From: Geosiphon pyriformis uo1
Lineage: Eukaryota; Fungi; Glomeromycota
Direction: 5' to 3'
Length of the DNA stretch: 64,000 nt
Assembly: GCA_016748015.1 (NCBI GenBank)
Contig: JAAOMT010000258.1
Coordinates: 64,173 to 128,172, forward strand
Part shown: piece after piece, positions 1 through 13,552 of the stretch
How positions within the stretch are numbered: position 1 is the stretch's first letter
Layout of the letters: every line of letters starts with the position of its first letter
Translations under genes and position numbers: made by a program
The notes under the pieces: generated by a model
Databases searched by the model: none
What the model was told of the DNA's origin: nothing
What the model saw: only the letters and a program-made list of their open reading frames with translations

Positions 1-740
1 AGCCTTATTCATATTTTTTTCTGAAGTAAATATTAATTTAATAATTTTTTCAAATTTTGAAAAAGTAATAATTTCTCCAAAACTATTGATTATTAAAAAA
101 ATTTTCTGATTGTTTAAGTTTTTGTTATAACTAATTTGTCTTTTATCATAGATAAATTAATATTAAGAACAAAAAATTTTTTAATAAATACTTTAACCTG
201 AGTTTTAACAATTTTTGGATCAATTTATCTTTTGTCAAAAAAAATATTAAGAAAGAAAAGAAAATGTTTTTTGTTTTTATTTATCCCATAATCAATTGAA
301 CCAATAGAAGAATCATAAACCAAACTAGTATTTATTTTCTTAATTTTAGTGATATTTGCTACCAAACCAAAAAAAGAACTATTATTAACATTTAATAAAA
401 TATTATTATTCTTATTATTACCAGATTTTCTGTCCATATTTGAATATATACTGTTACCAATACCAAATTTAACTAAAAAAATATCTTTTTTATCTTTAGA
501 ATGCTTAATATTACCAACAAACATCTTTTTTTGGGAAAAAAAATCTCTAACAGAATTATGAAAAACTCTTTTAAGTGTTTTTTTAAACATAATACTGTTT
601 AAAGCAGTTATCAAGTTTATCACAAAAAAATTATTTGCTTAAGAAATATTTGAAAAAAATAACAAGAAAAAAATAAAAATTTCTTTTTTAAAATTATACT
701 CTTTGAAAAATTTGGAACATAAGAGAAAAAAAAGTTAAAA
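1..740 (-). mobile_element. Degraded LINE 5' end/ORF1 fragment (different subfamily), runs off the left edge
   Basis: Minus-strand translation IDPKIVKTQVKVFIKKFFVLNINLS...RKFF..NSFG...SKFE...FTSEKNMNKA aligns with ORF1 of LINE-a (KFFALNIKFSAV...KKIFYQVDDFGGVSTPSKFSGII.SSFTSEFSLNKA). ORF 225..623 is its N-terminus. The right boundary is approximate. Confidence 0.7.
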
Positions 741-1366
741 ACTTAATTATAGTTTTTTATTAAAGACAAATTAATTATAATTTAATTAATATAATATTAT
801 TAAACTTAAAAAATACAAAAATTAAATTTTTTTAGAAAATTATTTTGATAATTACTTTTAATTTAAACAAACATTTATATATTATTTGAAATATAACTTT
901 TTGAATTTATTAGAATACATTAGAAAAAAGTTTATTGTTTTTTTTTAAAATTAAAACATAAAAATAATTTACATAATAATTGAAATAAACTTTTTTAAAT
1001 ATGATGTTTTATTATTTATAATATTATTTTTAATTTATTTTAGCAATAATAAAACTTTTTAAATATTATTTCTGCAAAAAACAAAAAAGTATTTTATTAT
1101 TTATAATAAAAACAATTTAAATTAAATTAAACTTAATTTTTTATTTTGTTTAATTTGTTTTTTTATTAACTTGATCTAGTCAATAGTTTCAGAATTTTTG
1201 GAATTGGTTTTTTATTAATTTTTTAACTTATATATTTTTTTTTATTAATTAATGAGTGCAACCTAATCACTATCTAGCATACAGAGATAAAGCAAAATAT
1301 CCCAAACTAAATGTGGCTCATGTACTTATTACATGTGACCAGCCACTCAAACTCATTAAGGCAATA

Positions 1367-3129
1367 TTACACATTCACCAGAACCTTATTACCATTATCC
1401 AAACCAGAAAAGAACAAACAATACCTACACAAACCAAAACTAACAGCAAAAAATTTTATTACATTTAGCATATAAACAATATTATCAGATAGCAACCTGA
1501 ATAAACCATGTGGCAGAGCAAAAACCTCATCATTATCATGAACCAGACTAACTTTTTCCATACTAACCCTAAACTTAGATCTCAACAACCACAGATGATC
1601 ACAATGATTACCTGCAAGATGGCAAACAAACTTGACAACAGTCAACTAGACTTTCTTCCTGTCACCAAAAATGAAAACAGTCTCATCAATCCAATCTTGA
1701 AAAACAAAACTTTTGCACAAAATAGCATATATATTGACATCTGAAGCATTTGCAAGTGTGTTCAGCACTGAAAACGAAACAGAAAAGTGAATTCCCACTA
1801 AAGACTTCTATAATTCAATGTGACTGGCCACAATCTCTGAACGCAAAAACAAATCCACAGAACAAGTAAAAGCATGTTCAGAGAATTTAATGTCATCACA
1901 CATCAGACACAAAACACTTGAGTAACCAATGTCATACAACCTCTTACAGACAGCCACTGACAATCTACCATAAACAGCTTTCATCAAATAAGTGTGCAGG
2001 GCAGCTGATTTTCTGCTAGTAAAACCCATCAACATATGAGAATCTGAATGCAGTACACTTCCAATTAATGCAATGAAGAAATGAGCTGGCCAAGACACTT
2101 GCACCAGAACCAGCTTTTCACAAGACATGGCACACAATTCTGCAAACATCACAGATAAAATGCTGAGCATTACCAGAAACCACAAAACCATCTGTCACAA
2201 GAAACCTATCATAAATCCCAACTGGAAGAAACAAGCTAGATCAAGATGCAGCATGGACCATGGCATCAGCCTGATCATTACCAAACACACTTGAATGTCT
2301 CTTTACCTTAATCTACCTCACAGTAATGTCTTTCAATTTGATCAAATTAGCAATATGACGTCATTTTACTCAGCATCTGTTGCGAAAGTCTGGTCAACCC
2401 AACTTATATTCAGACATGCATGCATCCAAAGCCACTTGACTATTAGAATAAATAACAACAGAACAGAATAAGAGAACACACTCCAAAGCCACTGCGATTG
2501 CTTGCAATTCTGCCAGCATAGAAGATAACAGACCCTGAACCCTAACACCAACACTCAAATCAATCTCAAAAAAATAAGCAGCTGTCTCACAAGTCACACC
2601 CAACATGCCCAGGCCACTCAATGAGCCATCAGTGAAAATATTCAACTTCTCTGCTCAGACTTTGTGTAAGCACTCACAACAACCAAGAAATTACTTAAAC
2701 AGAAAAGACCAGAATCATCCAACACTTCACTATTGCTTGAATCCACTAGATTATTATACATGTATACAAAAGCCTTACTAAACTAAACTGGTACTGGACT
2801 TCTAAGGCTTAATTTTTTCCAGCAATAAAAAGTTTTCCAATTCATGACTTGACCCTGCTTAGTTAGCAGACAGTTACTAAAAGCAACACCAAAATGTTTC
2901 AATGAATGAACCACGTCAAAATAATATGAAGCACCCAAAATCTCAAACATTGGGAAATGGCCAGGCTTATGAAATACACTAGGTAAATTGTTAACCAAGA
3001 AAACATCTATATCCAAGAAGATCTTTACAACTCCAGCCAGAAAATTGTTCAGTGGGCAAACTTTCAACTTAACTAGATGGCATAAGAGATTTAAAGGAGT
3101 TCAACTAAAAACTTGCAAGTCCAAAGTGC
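1367..3129 (-). pseudogene. LINE-a ORF2 C-terminal part: RNase H and C-terminal Cys/His finger
   Basis: RNase H motifs IFTDGSL, AELQAIAVALE, YSNSQVALD and GNDQADA. CLMCDDIKFSEHAFTC zinc finger. Stop at 1367; several transition-derived internal stops. Confidence 0.88.
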
Positions 3130-4000
3130 TATTACAGATGATTATTTGGGATTTCAAAGCAAATAACAAATCCATAACTTGGTGCTTGATTGGTACTCTG
3201 GTGTAGATATCTGAAGGTTTTATTAATCTAAAGATTTGTTGTAAAGTCTTTTGTATAATGAACAGAGATTTAACAATTGTTTCAGTAGCCTTTCAGAATC
3301 ACAATTCCATCAAATTTTTTTCTTAACATGGTGGCTGATAATCCTTCTGGTAAGTTATTCTCAAATCTATAAGTGTTCTACTCTTGTTTTACAGATCTTT
3401 TACTAATCACTATGACATTTGTATTTCTGTGCTTAATCCTTAATCAATTTAGTAAAATCACAGAAATAACCAAAAAAATAAAATAAAAGAAGATAAAAAA
3501 ATAACAAAAAAAATAAAAATAAAAGAAGACAAAGAAATAACAAAAGCAATAGTAAGTTAGTATCTTGTCAATAGCTGTAATCAAGAGCTATTGTTCTAGT
3601 GTGGTTAAGTATCAATTATCATTAACATGAAGTGTTGATAGTGGAAGTGGATTTAATATAGAAAATAATTATTTATTGATATTTGTGAATGGAAAAGTCA
3701 CTTAGATAAAATTTAAACTAAGAGGTCTGTCTTTTCTACTTCTAATGCTACCACTATATATACATAATTTGGGTTCTATAAGATTGCTTACATTCTCAAG
3801 CAATGTGCTATAATTTCTCAAGCAATGCTCACATTGCTTAGCAATGTGCTATATTTTCTTGATATTGCTTCACATTGCTGAGCAATGTGTCATAATTTCT
3901 GATATTGCTCTATATTGTTGAGCAATATGCTCATGTGCTAACTACTACTTTTTTATTGGCCTACTATTTTTTATATCTGTTTTTTTTTTTATGAGTAACA
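3130..4000 (-). repeat. Gypsy A 3' LTR
   Basis: T(G>A)TTA...TAACA termini. Direct repeat of 12683-13552, adjacent to the PPT. Confidence 0.92.
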
Positions 4001-4016
4001 TTATCTCTTCCTTTTT
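4001..4016 (-). other. Gypsy A polypurine tract
   Basis: AAAAAGGAAGAGATAA on the minus strand, immediately upstream of the 3' LTR. Confidence 0.85.
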
Positions 4017-4670
4017 AATATTGAGCTCTATTAAAATCTTTGTTTTGAATTAACTTTAGTATTTCTTTTTCAAGTATTGTTTGTTCGACTCTGTTTCTCA
4101 CATCTTCTACCTGTGTATTGTTCATTCTTCCTTATTGGTTAATGGTTATGGTTTCCATGTTAGAATGTAACAGTATATTTGAGTAGTTTCAAAATATGTT
4201 GTGTAATTAGTATATTGTTTTAACATGTAGTGTTAAATTTGGTTTCTTTCTGATAAATTCTTCAATTTGCTGTATTATGTCTTAGTTGAATATTCTCTTG
4301 AATTTGTCAATATACAACTCTTGAATATTCAACTTTTGATCTAATTGGTAGTAGTAATATGATATTGGAAGTTGTTCTGTCCATTGCTTCTAATTTTTTT
4401 TTGTAAGCTCTTCTGTTGATCCTATAATAGGTATTTTCCCAAAAGTGTTCTTCACTTTTTCTATTAAGTTATTTGTCCAGTTTTTATTATTCTTTGGTGG
4501 CTGCTGATATAGTGTATTCTTTGTCTTTCTTTGGGTGTTTTGATAGAATTATTTGGTTGTTAATAACAATTTCTATGTCTAACTGTTGTTGACTTAAGAC
4601 CTGGAACAATTGTTGAGCTATAGTGTGAATATGATCTGGTATTTTCAATTTTCTTGGTTGTTTTTGTCAT
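4015..4670 (-). pseudogene. Gypsy A extra 3' ORF (homologue of B 25643-26302)
   Basis: IPDHIHTIAQQLFQVL..DIEIVINNQI, WTEQLPISYYYYQLDQKLNIQELY and the DFNRAQY* end; disrupted. Confidence 0.8.
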
Positions 4671-4709
4671 GTATACTGTGTTTTTATATATTTTTGGTTG
4701 TTCAATTTG

Positions 4710-7700
4710 ACGTGTTTGGTTCAATAACTATGATTGGTTTCAGATCTTATGAAATCTCATCTGATTGAACTAGTATTTTTTGTATTCTCAGTTGTGGAAT
4801 GTTATTGGTAGATGATAATACTATCTAGTAATATGGTTTCAGTCGATTACTATGTGCTGCTTTGGCTAAGATTTTATTGTCCCATTTTAATTTATAAGCT
4901 CTGTTTCCTAGAATTTCTTTTATGTGAAATGGTCTGTCCCATTTGGGGTCAAATTTTTTGCTTCATTGTTTTTCCACTTTGGTACAATGTAAAAGTACTT
5001 TGTCTTTAATCTTGAATTCAATTGGTTTATTTGGTAGTTGGTTATTGTGTCATTTTTTTTGCTTTTCTTGTGACTTTTGGATGTTATTAGCTGCTTTTTG
5101 TTGTCTGTTTTCTAGTGTTTCTATTAAGTCATATGTTTTTTTCAACAATGTTTTTTGGAAATTATCTTCTGTTATTGGTTCAATTGGATATGTATTAACC
5201 TTTATTTCAACTGATAATGTTGCTGTTTTACTGTATACTAATTCAAATAGTATTGTTTATGTGGTATCTTGCTTCATTGTCTGATAAGCAAATAATACTG
5301 ATGGTATGAACAAATCCTATTTGTTCTGGTTTTCTTGACTAATTTTAGTGATTGCTTTATACAATGTTCTGTTAAATCTTTCAAATAACCCATTTATTTG
5401 TGGATGGTATGGTAATGATAATAGTCTTTTTATCCCAAATCTTTGACTTAATTTTGTCAATATTCTATTCACAAAGTGAGTTCCTTGATCCAATAATAGT
5501 TTTTTTGGACATCCATGTTAACAGATCAGATCTTAATGAATGAATTCAGCAATAGATTCTGCATCTGCTCTTTGAATGGCTTTTGCTTCTGGCTATTTAG
5601 TAAGATAGTTTATGGCTACTGCAATATATCTGTTGCCTCTGCTGGTAATTGTTAATAGTCCAACTAAGTTAATTCTAATGTAATCAAATGGTTGTTCCAC
5701 TTTGATTGGTCTTAATGGTTCACTGGATTTTGTTCCTCTTTTTCTCTGATAAGCATCACAATTTTGAACATATTGGATGATATCTGAATACATTGATAGC
5801 CAATAGTATCTTTTTCTAATTCTTTTCATGGTTGCTTCTTTATGAAAATGTCCTGTTGTTGGATCTGAGTGTATATTGAACAATATTGTCTCTTTCTCTG
5901 GTTCTGTAATTACTCTTGTTGGCTGGTCTGGATTTCTTCTGTTTTTTTGATACAGTATATTTTGATGATTGATAAAATATTTTAATTGTTGTTTTATGTT
6001 GTTTTATTTTTTTTGAGATAATTTCTCCTTAAACAATTGGGTATTTATATAATGTTGAAGTTGTTGGTATTTTTGTATATTTATCTTTTGTTATATTTTT
6101 GGGTTGAAATGTTTTTAGATTTGTTTTATTTGCGACAAACCATCAGCATTTCCATTGTTTTTTCTTTTTTTATAATGTACTGTATAATTGAATGGTAAAA
6201 GTTCTATTTTTCATCTGGTATGGTGGTCGTCTCCAAATTTTTGCTTCTGGATTGAAGTCAATTCTTTGTGATCTGTATATATTTCAAACTTTTGGCTCAA
6301 GTATTTTTTCTATTTCATAACTGCCCAATAAATTGCTAAGTGTTCTAATGCTAAGTTCCATAGTTCTTTTCAGTTGGACTTAAGCTTTTACTGGTATAAG
6401 CTACTAGATGTTCTTTTCCATCTGGTCTTTTTTGTGATAGTACAGCTCCTAATGCTTGACTTGATGTGTCAGTAGTAATAATGAATAACTTACTATAATT
6501 TGAATAGATCAGTACTGGAGCTTGAATAAGCTTTCTTCTTAATGTCTCAAAAGTTTCTTGCTGGGTTTCTGTTTATTCATACTTGGTATTCTTTATTTGA
6601 AGCTGGTGCAGTGGTTAAGCTATTTTAGAAAAATCTTTGATAAAGTGGCAGTAGTATCCAGCAAATCCCAAAAATGCTCTCAATTCTGTGAGATTATTTG
6701 GTACTGGAAAGTTTTTAACAGTCTCTATCTTATCTGAATCTGTTTTAATAGCATTTTTGCTCACAACATATTCCAAAAATTTGAGTTCAGTTTTTCCAAA
6801 AAAGCATTTAGTAGCATTTAGCTTTAATTTCACTCTTCTCAACCTTTTAAATACTTGTTGAAGATAATGTAGATGATCATCAAATGTTTTGGAAAACATG
6901 TTGGTGTCATTTAAGTAAACAACTACTAATTTCTACAGTAGTCTAGTATAAACAATTTCTATAAACCATTGAAATATTGCTGGAGCATTCATCAAGCCAA
7001 ATAACATGACTTCAAACTCAAAATTTCTCTCTCTGGTGGTAAATACTGTTTTTTCTTTATTGGCTAGATGTATGGCTACTTGCCAGTAACTACTATCTAA
7101 GTCCAGTATTGAGAACCATTTATTTTTTCTAAAGTGTCAAATAGTTCTTGGATCTTTAGAGTTGGATAACTATTATCTTTAGTTACTCCATTCAGTTTTC
7201 AATAGTCTACACAAAAATGGATCTTTCTATTTTTTTTTCATACTAGTATTACTGGTAATGACCATGAGTTTATTGATGGCTGAATTAGTCTGTTGTCAAG
7301 CATTCGATTAATTTCTTGATAAATGATTTTATGGCTGGCTGGTAGTACTCTATATGCTCTTTGTTTTATTGGCATTGCATCTCCAGTCTTGATTTGGTGC
7401 TGGATTATGTTGGTGTAACCAAATTCATTTTCACTAGCAAAGATGTTATTGAAATTGCTGAGTAATATTTTTAGTTGTATCTGTTGAAGTGGGTCTAGAT
7501 TTCCCATGTTTATCTGTTTTAATTGTTTTGGTTAGAGCAGATAACATTTGCTTTATCTATAGATGATTTGTGATGTGATGTCTACATATCTGCAAAGCTG
7601 TGGAAAATTTGGAATGTGGTTTGGTAGTTGATCCTCAACTTCAGTGGTTAAATATCCAATGATAGTTCCTTTTGGTATTTTAATGACACTTCATATTGTG

Positions 7701-7845
7701 TTGTAGATGAGAATTTTGATATTTTTGGGGCTTTTGGCTAATATGTAGAGATTAGTGAGTCCAATCTCTCCTGATTCACAAATGGTGACTTCTGCTTCAA
7801 ACAACTGAGCTTAATTTTTTACTTCTCTTTTTATAGTTAACTTAT
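4710..7845 (-). pseudogene. Gypsy A pol (RT-RNase H-integrase)
   Basis: PIKQRAYRV, YLNDTNMF (YLDD mutated), TTDTSS RNase H, HSDPTTGH...CDAY, INLVG and YHPQ; colinear with Gypsy B. Confidence 0.9.
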
Positions 7846-8546
7846 TGTTATGGCTAAAACTTATACTTCTTATTAATTATTACATGTATTAATCATTGAT
7901 GTCACATAAATTAGCCACTTTATTTTTAGTAAGTGATCATTGACCTGATCAATGACCTAACCATTGACCTGATTATTGACCTAGTCATTGACCTGATTAT
8001 TGATCACTTTTGATAGCTATATAAGTGATAAATTTTTTAGCTGTAGAAAAACATGTAAGAATCAATGTAAGAATAAAGAAAATCAAATAAATAAAATAAC
8101 AACTTTTATCTTAATCTTTTTTATCACTAATTTCTCTTTTCTTACTTTCAAATATCTGAACATCTTAAAAGATAAAAGATTACTTGTTGGTTATTTCCTA
8201 CTCTTTTCCTAAAACATGTAATTGCAGCATTTGAAGATTATTAAAGAAAATGTAATTAAAGAGTATATCTAATACTTGATATTGAATTCTAAGAGCACCG
8301 AGATAAGGCATAGAATTATACCAGACATGATTATTTGTTGACAGTATGGACTATCTCTCTATCTTCAGATTTTCCAGTTACTTTGAAAAGTATAGTGACT
8401 GAGATATTTTATGAGACTGATCTTGCACATTAAATCTATACTTATTCAATTCGCTCTTTAAAGCTGAATTCTCTTTGATTCCTTTCATCACCCTACAATC
8501 CTGTTCTTCTTTGCTATCTGTTAGCTTGTTACTCCAACTTGTAACA
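7846..8546 (+). repeat. Gypsy C 5' LTR (no partner in window)
   Basis: TG...CA termini with inverted TGTTA/TAACA, a (c)attgacct tandem array at ~7935-8010, TATATAA near 8018 and a PBS downstream. Confidence 0.85.
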
Positions 8547-10778
8547 TAAAAGTGGTGCTCCCTATGAAGTTGTCAAAATTCATCTGGTTTTTTATTGTAT
8601 GGGTGATTATTCATACCTGCCATAACAATCAAAAAAACATTTTAAAGCACACAACAAAAACAATCTAAACTTTATTGAACTCAATTTTTTGCCCTTCTGC
8701 TTGATTTGCTTCCCATTAAAAAACAATCCAGCATACAATTCTAAGACTTTTGGAACTGGTTCCTGAATGAACATTCAGCTAAAACCTACACAGCTTATAC
8801 AACCTATTACTTTGACCAAGCTTATTTTGAAGACAACTTTGAAGAAAAAAACAACAGTATCAATCAGCTTTTATATTTTGCAACCTTTGAACAACAGCCT
8901 CCTGATTTTGAATATTTGTATTATCAAATCCACATTTGGATTACTGCTCATCAATCAACAGAAACTTCTCTTAAAACAGAAGAAGAAAGCTATCAAACTG
9001 CTTTTGTTTTTAATCTCTTTTTAAGTGAATTAGAACACTCCACACAAACAATTACACCTAAACCAATGGCTTAAGACCCTCTGCAACAAAATATTCTAAT
9101 TGCTTTCCAAGATATTCAAACTGCTTTAGGGCAAAGAAACAACACTCTATTACCATTATTCAGAAGTGATGTCCAAGACCCAATTGAATAGCTGAATGAT
9201 TTTGAGAGAGCTGCCACAACAAACCAATATGATAATGAATACAAGTTTTAAATCATTTGTGACTACCTCCAAGGCTCTCCTGCTACTTGGTTCTCACAAA
9301 AAACCAATGCCAATGCTCAGAAAAGAATTATTAGATGGGCATGGCAAATGCTGGAGAAGACAACACCTCTTTCACTATCTGGTTTGAAACAAAATTTAGA
9401 ACTCCCATATTAATCTCCAAATGATGTATGGAATTAGAAAAAAAAACTCAAGACCATGGTAAGGTTGTGACAAAATATGCCAAAGCAATAAGAAAACTCA
9501 TTAAACGGGTAGACTCTGGAAGAAATTGGACAAAAGAGCAAAAAATACATTTTTTTATAAAAGAACTGAGAACTGATCTATTATATGCTCTTTGGCCCCT
9601 TCTGGCCTTGAAAAATAATTCCACAATAGATATGGCCATTAAACTTGCTCAAAAAATAGAAGACAATCAAAAGATACACCTAGGATCCATACTTCCAGTT
9701 TTTGTTCTTGCTTCTGTTATGGCTCCTGCTTTTCAAATGGCTGCTACTTCTTTTGCTGCCCAAACTCAAGACCCAAATGAACAGTTAATAGATAGACTTA
9801 CAGCTAATCTTGCCTGGCTATTAGAACCATTAACCCAAGCAGTCAGAGACAACCAGCAACCCCAAAGATCCAGATTTGAACCCTGTTTCAATCAGTCCCA
9901 ACAATCATCATATTAAAGACAGCAAAATTGTGGCCCACCTGTATGCTATCATTGTGGACTAACTGGACACTTTTCCAGAGACTGTAACAATCTTTTATTG
10001 CCTCCTCCAGCTCCCAAAAATAATAACATCCAGAATAACTGACCCAATAATATTAATGTTCCCAATCAAAGACCCAATCATGCCAACATCAATTTCTTTG
10101 GAGAGAATCCCTTAGTTGAAGCTACTGTTTACCAGTTTTTAAACTGATAGGTGCACCTCCAAAAGGTGAGAATGCAAGTCAACTAAAAGAAAACCTTTTT
10201 TATGCTTTTAACCTAACTGATCATGATCATAATATAGATGAACTAGCAATTAACACCTCTGAATCAACCTGAAAGAAGAAAAAAGCCAATGTTGATTTTG
10301 TCTTGGATCCAAACAAAACATCCAAATTATCTGGTGATAACAATGAACCATCAAAAACTAAGGTTTTTAAAAATCCTCCAAAGTTGGAACCTCCAGAAAT
10401 TGTACAAAAATCTGGACCCTATTCTGTTGTTAAAGATTTCATGGAAACTCCAGCACACATTACATTTGGCCAACTAATGATTCATCCACAGTTCAGAAAA
10501 AATCTTTGCAAATTATTGATACCAAAGAAAAAGACACCAAAGACCAATAAATATTCATGTCAAGTTAGACTTGCTGACAATAGTAATGTTACCCCTCTCA
10601 TTTGTAAAGCCCAAGTGGCTGGTTATTTCATTAATCTGATTCTGAATAGTGAATCATCTATTAGCATTATTGCCAAACACTTTTTAGAAGCAATTGGCAG
10701 AAAGATTGATAAACCATTTACAAGACCAATAACCAATATACATGGTAACAAAAAGAAAGATCTAGGTATAGCCAAAGT
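7846..10778 (+). mobile_element. Gypsy C: 5' LTR + PBS + gag-protease of a second family, truncated by a deletion
   Basis: LTR TGTTA(7846)...GTAACA(8546); PBS TGGTGCTCCCTATGAAG at 8553-8569; gag from ATG 9066; CYHCGLTGHFSRDC knuckle near 9943; LILNSESS (degenerate LILDSGSS) protease; abrupt switch to A gag at ~10779. Confidence 0.88.
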
Positions 10779-12620
10779 AATAAATGACAGAGTTTATTGG
10801 CTAATAAGTTGGTAGTTGATAGATTGGCTGTTGTGTCATAGATAGGTAATTCAGTTGATATGGTGTTAGGTTGGATTGATAATTCAGAGCTTGAAACCAG
10901 TAATTGGGATTTCGATATTGATTTTTCGATTGTGAATTATTATTATAAAATCAGTAGTTGGCTTTAATGTGATCTTATTTACCACAGTTATAGCAGACAC
11001 ATGTTTCTTGTTGCCATGGCTGATTTGAAAATAAATACGACTGATTTTAGAAATAATTTGTGTTTCTTAGATTATTGTGCTATTGTGGTGTTTGATAAAT
11101 TGCATAATTGTCAGCTAAATATCCTTCCAATTTCTGATTAATTAATTTACTAAGTTGTTTCAATTTGGAATCCAAGTTAAATGATTCATTTATGACTAGG
11201 TTAACAGCTTGGGCATGATTTGTTTTAAGTTCTGCCAATTCAAAATCTCTCACATTAGTGACTGCATTTTGGAGAGTTTGTGGGTGCATTGAGTGTACGT
11301 GTTGAAAAAGACTACTGTACAGTCCATGAATGAACTGGTTTAGGATCTGTAGTACTGTAAAATAATCAGCCTGAATTGCTTGAATTTGGTGCAAGTTCTT
11401 GTGGAAGCATCCCAAGTAAGTGGTAACTGCTTTAGTTTCTTCCTGTTTAATTATAGTGAAAGCGTTGGCCAGATAATTAATGCTGTTATTATTACTGAAA
11501 TATTCCAAGAATGCAGTTTTAAATTCCAGAAATGTTTGAGATTTAATGACTAGACTCTAATACCATGAGTTGGGAGTATCCTGTAGAAAATAAGGAATTA
11601 CTTGAAGGGCTCTGTTGTTATTCTATCCATTGGCTGCAATGACTTTTTCCACATCATTAAGCCATACTTGGGCGTCGTCCTTTTTACTAGTAAATTTCTC
11701 TATTTTAGTGATTGGAGTGTAAGCCATTGGTTATTGTTGTGATTGCTGCTGAATTTGTTGTTGGAGTAGCAGTTGTGGCTGTTGTTGCTGTTCAGCAATT
11801 GGTGAAGCTGGTGGTAAATTAATCACAATTACTGGAAATAAGTATTGGTGAATTATGTCAGAGTTTTGATTATTTTGGTTTTCCAGAGTTTGATTAACCA
11901 GAGTTTTAATTTCTGAATTTTCTAGGATTGAGTTTTGCTTGTTAACTTTCTGATTACCACTCTCTTTTTCTTTGGAGTCAGTTATTTCCCAAGGACTAAC
12001 AGCTCCGAAATCTGGTTGTGGTGGTGGTAATTGAATTCCTGATGACATTGGGGATTGTGATTTAAATTCTTTGAAAAAATTGTCATATGTTCCTAATAAC
12101 TCTGCTTTCTTTTGTTTACTTTGGAATAAAATTTTGTTTAGCGGTGTTGTTGTGTTTGCTGTAGCTGTGCTTATTATATTGATAGTGCTTCTGGGTGTGT
12201 GGTGATATGATAGATTAGCAGGTGAATCAAATCTTTGTTTTTTCCAAGTGGGTAGTTGGATTTGCTTTGGTGTTCCCACTGGTGTTTATAATCTTCTTTT
12301 TCTTTTGTCGACAAAAGTGATAAAAAATCTCTGTTTGGTGTATTTTTCAATTTCTCTGTTTATTTCTGTAATTAAAGGTGCAAATAGGTAGTTTTGTAAA
12401 AGGGTGGTGTTTTGGAGCAATTCACTGAAGAAGTTGTTGAAGGTAGATTCTGGATCTCTTTGGCCTCCTAAATAGTATACAATTCTCTCGTTGACATAGC
12501 AATTGAAAGCTAATTCTGTTGGCTAACTATTATTTGTTAATCCGAATTGAGTATGATAGTATTAGAATAAGGATTTCACAAATCCCAAGTGGTTGTTCCT
12601 ATTTCTTCAGATTCTGCCAC
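10779..12620 (-). pseudogene. Gypsy A gag (N-terminal extension, capsid, CCHC knuckle)
   Basis: ORFs 11731..12279 and 11080..11508 are homologous to B gag (EYFSNNNSIN..ANAFTIIKQEET.AVTTYLG); PMAYTPI start; CYNCGK knuckle near 10990. Confidence 0.88.
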
Positions 12621-12663
12621 TGTTTGGATGAGATTGTTGGTGCTGGTTCTCTGTAGGATTATA

Positions 12664-12680
12664 CCTTACAAGGAGCACCA
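12664..12680 (-). other. Gypsy A primer-binding site
   Basis: TGGTGCTCCTTGTAAGG, 2 nt inside the 5' LTR; the same PBS occurs in B, C and D. Confidence 0.88.
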
Positions 12681-12682
12681 AA

Positions 12683-13552
12683 TATTACAGATGATTATTT
12701 AGGGTCTCAAAGCAAATAACAAATCTGTAACTTGGTGCTTGATTAATACTCTGGCATAGATATCTGAAGGTTTTATTGATCTAAAAGTTTGTTGTAGAGT
12801 TTTTTGTATAATGGACAGAGATTTAACAATTGTTTCAGTAGTCTCCTGGAATTACAATTCTATCAAATTTCTTTCTCAATGTGGTGGCCAGTAATCCTTC
12901 TGGTAAGCTATTTTCAAATCTATGAGTGTTTTACTCTTGTTTTATGGGTCTTTTACCAGTTACTATGACATCTGTATCTCAGTGCTTAATCCTTAATCAA
13001 TTTAGTAAAATCACAAAAATAACCAAAAAAATAAAATAAAAAAAGATAAAGAAATAACAAAAGAAATAAAAATAAAAGAAGACAAAAAATAACAAAAGCA
13101 ATACCAAGTTAGTATCCTGTTAATAGCCGTGATCAAAAGCTATTGTTTCAGTGTGATTAAGTATCAATTACTATCAACATTTCATGTTGATAGTGGAAGT
13201 AAATTTAAGATAGAGAATAATTATTTATTGATATTTGTGGATGGAAAGATTGCTTAGATAAAATTTAAACTAAGAGGTCTGTCTTTTTTACTTCTAATGC
13301 TACCATTATATATACATAATTTGGGTTCTATGAGATCGTTTACATTCTCGAGCAATATGCTATAATTTCTCAAGCAATGCTCATATTGCTTAGCAATGTG
13401 CCATATTTTCTTGATATTGCTCCACATTGCTGAGCAATGTGCTGTGATTTCTGATATTGCTCCACATTGTTAAGCAATGTGCTCACATGCTAACTACTAC
13501 TTTCTTATTGGCCTACTATTTTCTATATCTGTTTTCTTTTTTATAAATAATA
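12683..13552 (-). repeat. Gypsy A 5' LTR
   Basis: Direct repeat of 3130-4000, adjacent to the PBS. Confidence 0.92.

Larger units (their letters stand above)
3130..13552 (-). mobile_element. Gypsy A: Ty3/Gypsy LTR retrotransposon, internally deleted, inserted in LINE-a ORF2
   Basis: Paired LTRs at 3130-4000 and 12683-13552, PBS, PPT and gag/RT/RH/IN remnants. TSD GTGC (3126-3129) versus GTAT (13553-13556, two transitions). Confidence 0.93.

Noticed and set aside
3783-3940. Palindromic repeats in LTRs as CRISPR arrays
   Set aside because: No unique spacers and no cas genes; they lie within the U3 of paired LTRs in eukaryotic DNA.
4812-5284. Hydrophobic plus-strand ORFs (also 38709, 43670, 13992 and similar)
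   Set aside because: Antisense shadows of A-rich TE coding strands.
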